Shown: positions 16,967 through 23,591 of the stretch, in pieces | Layout: the number at the start of each line of letters is the position of its first letter | Numbering within the stretch: position 1 is the first letter of the stretch | Source of the DNA: a virus | Taxonomy: Duplodnaviria; Caudoviricetes | Direction: 5' to 3' (one strand) | DNA: 64,000 bases | Virus record (IMG/VR): IMGVR_UViG_3300011335_000457 | Span: 1-64,000 of that record | Translations under genes and position numbers: made by a program | Notes under the pieces: generated by a model | What the model was told of the DNA's origin: nothing | The model's input: the letters and a program-made list of their open reading frames with translations, nothing else | Databases searched by the model: none

Positions 16967-17326
16967 TCACACTGACTGTTTTTTCTTTAATTTAATTTTA
17001 ATACATTCATTGTACAGATACTCAATTAGATAAGCAAATGGTTCATGGTTTTTACTTGTAAACTCTACACCAAAATACTCTAATATTCTGTGTGTAGCAT
17101 GAAACAACTCATGAACCAATATGCCTAATTTAGAATCTTGAAGATCAATACATAACCACCAATTTGCAGATTTACTTTCATGATTCCAAAATAAGCAGGC
17201 CTCTGAATCATCATCTTCATTGTAATCATCACCTTTAATTTCCATTAGTGCTTCTTTGGTATCTTTACAGTCTACCAGATGAAGAGTACCATTGTATATT
17301 GGTATTGGTATTATGTACTTGGTCAT
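16967..17326 (-). CDS. Minimal HExxH zincin-like metallopeptidase (paralog of 4663..5022)
   Basis: LVHELFHATH...HEPFAYLIEYL. Confidence 0.65.
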   Translation of the reverse strand: MTKYIIPIPIYNGTLHLVDCKDTKEALMEIKGDDYNEDDDSEACLFWNHESKSANWWLCIDLQDSKLGILVHELFHATHRILEYFGVEFTSKNHEPFAYLIEYLYNECIKIKLKKKQSV

Positions 17327-17335
17327 AGTTTTAAT

Positions 17336-17551
17336 TTAATAATTATTATTCCTCATATCTCTTATTTTAGCTATGAGAGCTTCATTATAATGTGTAAAGA
17401 AGTTTGGGTCTAGTATTTTAGACACAATTTTACGCTTTCTCTTTGGTTTAACACAACTTCTACAACCAGTTTTAATGATCTCATCATTTTGGTCCCTGAT
17501 TTCAACATTAAAGTCAAAACCAAGGACTGATGTCATTAGTTTAGAATCCAT
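17336..17551 (-). CDS. Hypothetical protein
   Basis: 71 aa ORF. Confidence 0.6.
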   Translation of the reverse strand: MDSKLMTSVLGFDFNVEIRDQNDEIIKTGCRSCVKPKRKRKIVSKILDPNFFTHYNEALIAKIRDMRNNNY

Positions 17552-17858
17552 ACTTAGTCAATTTTCTAAGTGTTTCTTCCAAACTATTTAATTCCCGGAG
17601 CTTGTTATAAATCTGCATAGATATCACAACTTCATTTATGTGATTACATTCTTGAAGTATATCATCCATAGCAGAAGTAAGCTTAGTATTCTTTTCATAT
17701 GCTCTATCACATATTCTTCTAAGTTCATCCATTCTCTCTTCATTAATACCTAGTACCACATGAGTTGAGTCTGATGTCTCATCAACTATGCAAAGCTTGA
17801 ACTTGTCTTGCTTTACATAAACTTTCTTTTTCTTGAACATTTTTCCTAACCAGTTCAT
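17541..17858 (-). CDS. Hypothetical protein
   Basis: 105 aa ORF. Confidence 0.65.
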   Translation of the reverse strand: MNWLGKMFKKKKVYVKQDKFKLCIVDETSDSTHVVLGINEERMDELRRICDRAYEKNTKLTSAMDDILQECNHINEVVISMQIYNKLRELNSLEETLRKLTKYGF

Positions 17859-17970
17859 AATTATAAGTTTTAATTAATAAAAAATGCTTGTCTTTCCAAG
17901 CTGTCACCCACTTATAAGCCTCTAGGTTATTGTTCCTGTCAGGGTAAGGCAACTAGTTGCATTGCAACTG

Positions 17971-18056
17971 TAGTCAGGACAGGATTCGAACCTGTGACCT
18001 CTGAAAATCCTGATTGGTTACAGCATATCATGCTCTGACCTCTGAGCTACCTGACT
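17971..18056 (-). tRNA. tRNA-like element with abnormally long anticodon arm (isotype unassignable)
   Basis: Acceptor AGTCAGG/CCTGACT, D-arm GCTC-AGAGGTCA-GAGC, T-arm ACAGG-TTCGAAT-CCTGT; anticodon plus variable region 35 nt instead of about 22; no CCA. Confidence 0.65.
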
Positions 18057-18159
18057 ATGTTGAGGATGAGAAGTCCTCTGTGTTCTGTACAGGTATTACA
18101 TGCATTACTGCAATCAGCTTAGTACATTCTTTATCCTTTCTCAAGGGAAAACACATGTT

Positions 18160-18435
18160 TTAATATTCTCTGCCTAATGCAACCCAGTCCGCGTCTTCTA
18201 AAATCCACATTTCATCTATATAGCCTAGATCATTAAGAGTATACATAGTATTGTAGAACTCTACTACTATGATACCATCTTTTCTTTTAACTACTTCTAC
18301 CAATACATCATTGGTGAGTTCTATTACATTCTTCACAAACTTTCTCTCACTCTTTGTGAGACTCTTTGGTAACTCAACTTGTGAGTAACTTGTTCCGGCA
18401 AATATTAATGCCACAATCATAAATAACTTTTTCAT
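18160..18435 (-). CDS. Predicted secreted protein
   Basis: Signal peptide MKKLFMIVALIFAGTSYS-Q. Confidence 0.7.
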   Translation of the reverse strand: MKKLFMIVALIFAGTSYSQVELPKSLTKSERKFVKNVIELTNDVLVEVVKRKDGIIVVEFYNTMYTLNDLGYIDEMWILEDADWVALGREY

Positions 18436-18447
18436 ACTTTTAATTTT

Positions 18448-18693
18448 TTAATAAGGTTTAGCAACATATGCATACACAAACAATCCTAATGATACTACTA
18501 CAAATGCAACAAGTGCTAAATGAAATGGTAACATTCTTGATTCAAAGTCTAGTTCATCTATAAGATTCACAATTTCAAACTCTAGTTCTGCTCTTCTCTT
18601 CTTGTAGTAAACCTCACTAGGTTCATCTAAATGCAAGTCATACAGCTCCTGCTGTGCTTCTTTTAGTTTTTTTCTTAATTTCTTTACTTTCAT
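18448..18693 (-). CDS. Coiled-coil protein with C-terminal membrane anchor
   Basis: C-terminal LALVAFVVVSLGLFVYAYV. Confidence 0.7.
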   Translation of the reverse strand: MKVKKLRKKLKEAQQELYDLHLDEPSEVYYKKRRAELEFEIVNLIDELDFESRMLPFHLALVAFVVVSLGLFVYAYVAKPY

Positions 18694-18713
18694 ACACTTA
18701 ATTTTTTGACAAT

Positions 18714-18743
18714 AAAAAAGGAGCCAAGTATAACTCAGCTCCT
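18714..18743 (-). terminator. Intrinsic terminator
   Basis: AGGAGC...GCTCCT followed by TTTTT on minus strand. Confidence 0.65.
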
Positions 18744-18765
18744 GTAACTTTGTAGTACTACTGTA

Positions 18766-18900
18766 CTAAATTCTTGATTCTGTCTCTACCTGACCGTAGG
18801 CTGGACATGTGGCTTTCTTAGTTGTACTACAACTAGCAAATAATATTGCTACTGTAGTAACTACTGTAAACCATAGAATAATAACTGCGGATGTTTTCAT
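18766..18900 (-). CDS. Small lipoprotein with CPAY motif (not in ORF track)
   Basis: MKTSAVIILWFTVVTTVAILFAS-CSTTKKATCPAYGQVETESRI; lipobox plus CPAY as in small Bacteroidota lipoproteins. Confidence 0.65.
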   Translation of the reverse strand: MKTSAVIILWFTVVTTVAILFASCSTTKKATCPAYGQVETESRI

Positions 18901-18916
18901 ACTCTAATTTAGTTAA

Positions 18917-19147
18917 TTAGTAGATATTATCAAAATCCGCAGGAGTATATTCTATCTCCTGTTTGTACTCTTTGAGTAACCATTGCTTATCACTTAACTC
19001 CATAGAGAATAAATGTAATTTTTGAGAATCTGTCATTGGTATACCATAGTATAACTCTGCAGAAACTAATAGCTCTCTGTCAATTTGAGAACTAAAGTGG
19101 TTTAGAGTATCTGTATACTCTCTGTTGTTAATCATAGTTGCATTCAT
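18917..19147 (-). CDS. Hypothetical acidic protein
   Basis: 76 aa ORF. Confidence 0.6.
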   Translation of the reverse strand: MNATMINNREYTDTLNHFSSQIDRELLVSAELYYGIPMTDSQKLHLFSMELSDKQWLLKEYKQEIEYTPADFDNIY

Positions 19148-19178
19148 ATTTATTTGTTTTTAAAAGTTACTAATTAAA

Positions 19179-19368
19179 TAATGCACCAGTTATAAGATTA
19201 CGTTCACTACCTCAATAGGTTTCCTCTTACAACTAGTGGTGCATTTACCCCTCTGCACTCAGTTGTAAGACTGTATTCTGCTACAGTAAACTTACATTAC
19301 AACTGCTCACCCTTGGGAAGTGAGAATGGTGCATTAGTACCTAACAGATAGGTATCTTTTCTGTTAGG
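19179..19368 (-). ncRNA. Candidate structured ncRNA
   Basis: Multiple stems: TAATGCACCA/TGGTGCATTA, CAGTTGTAA/TTACAACTG, CTCAC/GTGAG, CCTAACAGA/TCTGTTAGG; no ORF. Confidence 0.5.
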
Positions 19369-19491
19369 ATTAGTACTTTGCTGATACAGCTCCCTCTTCA
19401 GGGTGAAAATAATTAGACTATACTGACCTCTGTATAGAATATAGAGCCTCACATGATGCGTCCATCACACTACAATCTCTACACAAATTTT

Positions 19492-20007
19492 GTACTCTCA
19501 CAAGTTAATGTGAGACCATTTTCTTTTATATTTAATATCACATATAACAGATTTAGAAATGTTGAATTTATCAGCAATTTCTTTATTCCTTATATTTTGT
19601 GATAATAATTCTTTTATTTGAATTACATCAGATTCAGTAAGTTTAGACCTACCATTTTTTGATCCTGAATAATCAGATAAACCAGTAAAAAAACTGTGTA
19701 CAATATTAGTACTAGTATTAACCCATTCTAAGTTGGAAACACTATTGTTTAACTTATTACCATCAATATGGTTTACTTGTAACAACTTAGATGGATTAGG
19801 AATATATTGTTCTGCAACTAATCTATGAACAAGATAAGTTTTTCTAAATCCTTTGTGGCTTAATGTAATATGAGCATAACCCTTTTTACATATAGAATGT
19901 TTTCTGCAGTTACCTGTTGCATTATAAATTATTCCTTCTGGAGTAATTTTGTATGCTGTATTTATTTTAAGTGTTTCCATATGTAAAGATAGTAAAGTAC
20001 TCTCACA
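19492..20007. repeat. 11-nt direct repeats flanking the HNH gene
   Basis: GTACTCTCACA at 19492-19502 and 19997-20007. Confidence 0.75.
19498..19980 (-). CDS. HNH homing endonuclease (HNH_3-type with C-terminal HTH)
   Basis: VHRLVAEQYIPNP...VNHIDGNKLNNSVSNLEWV...N; GSKNGRSKLTE...IADKFNIS HTH; start METLK. Confidence 0.88.
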   Translation of the reverse strand: METLKINTAYKITPEGIIYNATGNCRKHSICKKGYAHITLSHKGFRKTYLVHRLVAEQYIPNPSKLLQVNHIDGNKLNNSVSNLEWVNTSTNIVHSFFTGLSDYSGSKNGRSKLTESDVIQIKELLSQNIRNKEIADKFNISKSVICDIKYKRKWSHINL

Positions 20008-20028
20008 GTTGCAACTATTTAATAAAAA

Positions 20029-20166
20029 ACTCTCATCCAAATATTGGATACTCAAATTCATGAGTACAAGGTTGCAATCCTTAATTGCTCAGTGTTCCTC
20101 CTTCGTGCATATGACTAATGGTAGTATGATACTGAGGTTATATCTTTATCCTGCTTGGATGAGAGT
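20029..20166 (-). ncRNA. Candidate multi-branch small RNA
   Basis: Perfect 12-bp closing helix ACTCTCATCCAA/TTGGATGAGAGT followed by a T-run; inner stems CTCAGT/ACTGAG, GCAAT/ATTGC, TACTCA/TGAGTA. Confidence 0.55.
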
Positions 20167-20172
20167 AATTGA

Positions 20173-20544
20173 TTATAGTAATGACATAAATGCATTAGCA
20201 GTCATTACTTTTGTTTTTGGTTGTAGTTTGTCAAATAATCTTACAGTATGTACAGACCATTTGATACTTAAGTTTTTGTAGCACCATAGCATATAATCCG
20301 GATGCTTACTGATTGCTTCTTCTATAGTAAGAGATATAATATGTGGCTTATTACTAAACCAACAGTTATCCCAAGGTCTAGATCTTCTTCTAGTACCGTA
20401 CTCACCAGTGTCATGTGGCTTATCATAGACTTTTTTATTTTCTGGTCTATGAGATTGTTTATATAAATATAACTGTCTTTCTTGTTGAGTCATACTCCAT
20501 ACATTACCTTCTTGGATGGCTTGGCTAATTGAATTCATAATCAT
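20173..20544 (-). CDS. Hypothetical protein with ExoX C-terminal-like motif
   Basis: TIEEAISKHPDYMLWCYKN resembles the I.E+...PDYL.W motif. Confidence 0.55.
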   Translation of the reverse strand: MIMNSISQAIQEGNVWSMTQQERQLYLYKQSHRPENKKVYDKPHDTGEYGTRRRSRPWDNCWFSNKPHIISLTIEEAISKHPDYMLWCYKNLSIKWSVHTVRLFDKLQPKTKVMTANAFMSLL

Positions 20545-20953
20545 AATTTTTAATTAGGTTAATAATCATATATAGTGGACGGAAACTAAATTCCGGAAGC
20601 AATTACTGTGCTACTCTATTTATTGTACTATATAGTATATAAGAGTATAGTGTAAGGTATTGACTAAGGAGTGTACTAAGGCTGTGTTAGCTATATACAT
20701 TATAATAATAAGTGCTAGCAAGGATTGTAGCACTACACGGTAGTCAATGGTTTAGTGGAGAGTTTAATACTTCCCACCACTTTATCACACACATTATTGT
20801 ACACAATTTATGTTTCACTCCTAGGTTGAGTATGAACATAGTGTAAACTTTAAGAGCAATACACCCCAACAGTCTAAAGCTGTACAAAAAAGAAGCCGAA
20901 GGCCTATTAAAAAATATAACCCACACATAATGTGCGGGCTATATCTCAGTGGC

Positions 20954-21268
20954 TTAGAACAATGGTTCTTCAGCTAGGGTGTTTTCTGCAACACCAAACA
21001 TTGCACCAAGGTTTGCAACACTAGCAATGTTAGCAGATGGTCCATTAAGTACGGTTAACCAGATGGTATCACCGTCAACTTGTCCATCAATAGTATATTC
21101 ACTACCAAGCTCAACACCATATTGGTAACTCTTTTCCCAAATCTTGGCAATATAGTTATTACCGTCAGACATTCTTACCGTACAAGTGCGGTATTGAGTT
21201 CCATTGCTGTTAGCCTTAATGGTGTTGCTAACTGATACCAAAAATCCTTGAACTTTTTTGTTTTCCAT
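20954..21268 (-). CDS. Putative OB-fold single-stranded DNA-binding protein
   Basis: Beta-rich core with aromatic residues (Y, W) and acidic-hydrophobic tail AEEPLF. Confidence 0.55.
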   Translation of the reverse strand: MENKKVQGFLVSVSNTIKANSNGTQYRTCTVRMSDGNNYIAKIWEKSYQYGVELGSEYTIDGQVDGDTIWLTVLNGPSANIASVANLGAMFGVAENTLAEEPLF

Positions 21269-21324
21269 TTTCTTTTGTTTTTAATGGGTTAATAATACAA
21301 TCCCTAGAAGTATAAAGCTGTATA

Positions 21325-21345
21325 AAAAAAGAAGTGCGAAGCACT
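21325..21345 (-). terminator. Intrinsic terminator
   Basis: AGTG-CTTCG-CACT followed by TCTTTTTTT. Confidence 0.6.
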
Positions 21346-21350
21346 AAATA

Positions 21351-21370
21351 AAAAAGGGGATTACTCCCCT
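21351..21370 (-). terminator. Repeated terminator, copy 1
   Basis: AGGGGA-GTAA-TCCCCT-TTTT. Confidence 0.8.
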
Positions 21371-21822
21371 CTGTTATTCCACCTGCCACCAGCATGGCAT
21401 TTGTAGTCATTGTAGTCAGCATAACTGTCATCTATAGAGTCTCTAGTTCTATAGGCAAATGAATACTCAAAGGCTTTAGTTACTGTGTAGATACCTTGTT
21501 TAGAGTGCAAGTGAATTTTATCACCTACACTTAACAAAGGTTGTTTAGGAGTGTAAAGCTTAATCAGCTCTTGCTGTTCTCCCTTACAGTCTTCTTCATA
21601 CATCCTAGTGAGTTCAAGTTGATACTCTTCTTCAGCTATTCTATCATAATGTTCATCATGAAGTCTTTGCAATTCATCCTGGTCATACTGTTCATTATAG
21701 TCATAATAATCATGCTCAGGACGGTTATAGTCTTCATTATAATTATTATAAGCTTGGTTATAACCTTCAGTAATAATAGCTTGATAAGTTTTAGGGAATA
21801 AGAGTTTAATTAATTTTTTCAT
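21361..21822 (-). CDS. Acidic Tyr/Asn/Asp-rich early protein with SH3-like C-terminus
   Basis: YNQAYNNYNEDY...YYDYNEQYDQDE; LSVGDKIHLHSKQGIYTV. Confidence 0.7.
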   Translation of the reverse strand: MKKLIKLLFPKTYQAIITEGYNQAYNNYNEDYNRPEHDYYDYNEQYDQDELQRLHDEHYDRIAEEEYQLELTRMYEEDCKGEQQELIKLYTPKQPLLSVGDKIHLHSKQGIYTVTKAFEYSFAYRTRDSIDDSYADYNDYKCHAGGRWNNRGE

Positions 21823-21864
21823 TGTATATAATTTTAAAGTTTAACATAAGTAAAAAGCTGTATA

Positions 21865-21886
21865 AAAAAAAGGGGATTACTCCCCT
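21865..21886 (-). terminator. Repeated terminator, copy 2
   Basis: AGGGGA-GTAA-TCCCCT-TTTTTT. Confidence 0.8.
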
Positions 21887-22173
21887 CCTGACATATGAAT
21901 ATCATCAGCATAATAACCATTAGGTGTTTTAAGAATCACCCAAAAGGTATAGTCTTGTTTAAGACAAGCCTCCTTGTAGTTATTCATTAACTTACTATCC
22001 CAATGGTTAATAAAGTAATCTGCTTGCTCATTTGTGGCAAACACTAATACTCTTTCTCTTTCAGCAAAGGGACTATGGTTTCTGTAATGGTCTGCTTTAC
22101 CATTCTGAATACTTATCCAAATACCTCCTTTAGGTAATTCATCAAAGTTACTAATTTGTTTTATGAAGTCCAT
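21877..22173 (-). CDS. Hypothetical early protein
   Basis: 98 aa ORF with its own promoter motif and terminator. Confidence 0.7.
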   Translation of the reverse strand: MDFIKQISNFDELPKGGIWISIQNGKADHYRNHSPFAERERVLVFATNEQADYFINHWDSKLMNNYKEACLKQDYTFWVILKTPNGYYADDIHMSGGE

Positions 22174-22219
22174 AATATAAAGATTTAAAGTTAATACTAG
22201 TAATAAGCTGTATAATACA

Positions 22220-22240
22220 CAAAGGGGAATTACTCCCCCT
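22220..22240 (-). terminator. Repeated terminator, copy 3
   Basis: AGGGGGAGTAATTCCCCTTT. Confidence 0.7.
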
Positions 22241-22448
22241 TATCTGCATCTGTAACTTTGTCTTCCAAAGTCTCATCATACTCAAATGTTCCGGTCTCTA
22301 TATACTCTATGATCTCTGCCTTATAGGCATAATCAACTACTTTCCCATCTGGGAAGAATAGAGCATAAGTGTCTCTTCCATCAACATCCTGTTGGTATAC
22401 TACTGTTCCAGTAATAAAGTACCAAATAAAAATAATCTGTGCTATCAT
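22230..22448 (-). CDS. Hypothetical early protein
   Basis: 72 aa ORF, hydrophobic N-terminus, acidic body. Confidence 0.7.
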   Translation of the reverse strand: MIAQIIFIWYFITGTVVYQQDVDGRDTYALFFPDGKVVDYAYKAEIIEYIETGTFEYDETLEDKVTDADKGE

Positions 22449-22486
22449 ATATATAATTTAAAATTAGTACAAAGCTGTATTAAAGT

Positions 22487-22505
22487 AAAAGGGGATTTCT
22501 CCCCT
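22487..22505 (-). terminator. Repeated terminator, copy 4
   Basis: AGGGGA-GAAA-TCCCCT-TTT. Confidence 0.75.
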
Positions 22506-22789
22506 TAATACTCTGGATTTTCATAAGCATCTAACATGTTACTCAATGCAATTCTCATGAATTTGTCATTGTCTTGTTTAACCATATCTTTAAAATCCAA
22601 ATGGTCAGCAAGTTGTTTTCTAAAATGCTTTAACCATTTTCCATCACTCATTGTAGTATAAGCATGATTAGGAAGATTTATTCTCATATCCAGCATCCAG
22701 AGAATTCTGTGCACTGTGTCTGTATCTAATAGTCCAAACCTTTTTATTACATCCTGTGTGATTTCTGATTCATCAATTCTTGTTTCCAT
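22505..22789 (-). CDS. Hypothetical early protein
   Basis: 94 aa ORF with its own promoter and terminator. Confidence 0.7.
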   Translation of the reverse strand: METRIDESEITQDVIKRFGLLDTDTVHRILWMLDMRINLPNHAYTTMSDGKWLKHFRKQLADHLDFKDMVKQDNDKFMRIALSNMLDAYENPEY

Positions 22790-22869
22790 AATATATAATT
22801 TAATTTAAGATTAGTAATAAGCTGTATATTAAATAGTTAAAGTGCCACACTTATAGTGACACTTTAATA

Positions 22870-22938
22870 TTAAGCATTTGGGTTTAATACCCATTCTTTA
22901 ACAGTAACAATACCGTTAATAATAACATAACTGATCAT
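22870..22938 (-). CDS. 22-aa microprotein
   Basis: MISYVIINGIVTVKEWVLNPNA; promoter motif at 22964 and hairpin at 22838-22867. Confidence 0.5.
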   Translation of the reverse strand: MISYVIINGIVTVKEWVLNPNA

Positions 22939-23000
22939 GGCTTTAAGTTTTAAGATTAATAATAGTAAAGAGCTGTATAACTACAGAGAAAGAGAAGCCT

Positions 23001-23189
23001 TTATAGCTTCCCTTGTCTCCATTCATTGTGTAGAGTTCTTGCAATCATAAACATTGCAAATCCTGCTAAACCTAGTATGAATGCATTAGCATACTCATGG
23101 GAAAATGCAACATGATATACAACACTAACAACACTCATGATAACACACATATAACATGCTACCATATTAAATAAGGCAAATACTTTCAT
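23001..23189 (-). CDS. Two-helix membrane protein, first gene of the early arm
   Basis: MKVFALFNMVACYMCVIMSVVSVVYHVAF...AFILGLAGFAMFMIA; promoter motif at 23215. Confidence 0.65.
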   Translation of the reverse strand: MKVFALFNMVACYMCVIMSVVSVVYHVAFSHEYANAFILGLAGFAMFMIARTLHNEWRQGKL

Positions 23190-23229
23190 AGTTTTAATTT
23201 TAATTATTATTATTAGTATAGAGCTGTAT

Positions 23230-23530
23230 ATATAGATGATGTTGTTGTGTTGCTTGCTAGATATATAACATGTTGGTTGACACAGACACAGACATGATCC
23301 CATATACATATTACATATCATATCATAACAGTATGAATCAGTATCCACACCATGCATGAGTATGATGATACTTATCCTGTAGATATATTATATATTATTA
23401 TTCTGTATGGTTTTAGTGTCTTTAGATTTCATGGGGGGTACCACCTGTCTGGCTCGGGCCGGGGGTCAGTTGAGTAAGGACCCACCACCATCTCTAATAC
23501 ACAACATTTTTTTACTAAAAAAATTTTTAT
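23230..23530. other. Strand-switch non-coding region, candidate genome terminus or packaging site
   Basis: Divergent arms meet here; CATAT/ACAG low-complexity runs, then a GC-rich island GGGGGGTACC...GGGTC/GACCC hairpin at 23433-23490. Confidence 0.4.
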
Positions 23531-23591
23531 TTAAAAAAATTTATTACCTTAGCTCTGCTTTGTATTTTGATTACATTCTTTTTTGCAAGGA

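Larger units (their letters stand above)
20871..23230 (-). promoter_or_regulatory. Eight copies of a phage-specific early promoter motif ATACAGCT-N3-TACT
   Basis: Plus-strand AGTAnnnAGCTGTAT at 20871 (variant), 21309, 21849, 22199, 22466, 22813, 22964, 23215; 18-41 nt upstream of minus-strand starts. Confidence 0.8.

Noticed and set aside
20005-20030. TTAAATAGTTGC matching part of a pistol ribozyme
   Set aside because: The required P1 hairpin and pseudoknot partners are absent
19949-20281. 110-aa plus-strand ORF and the 27-aa N-terminal extension of the HNH ORF
   Set aside because: Both overlap the structured RNA and antisense genes; METLK at 19980 is the more plausible HNH start
21228-21431. 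67-aa minus-strand ORF bridging two cassettes
   Set aside because: Crosses two terminators and a promoter motif and overlaps both real genes
23230-23400. Short repeats as a mini-CRISPR or guide array
   Set aside because: Units are irregular low-complexity CATAT/ACAG runs without constant repeat or spacer length
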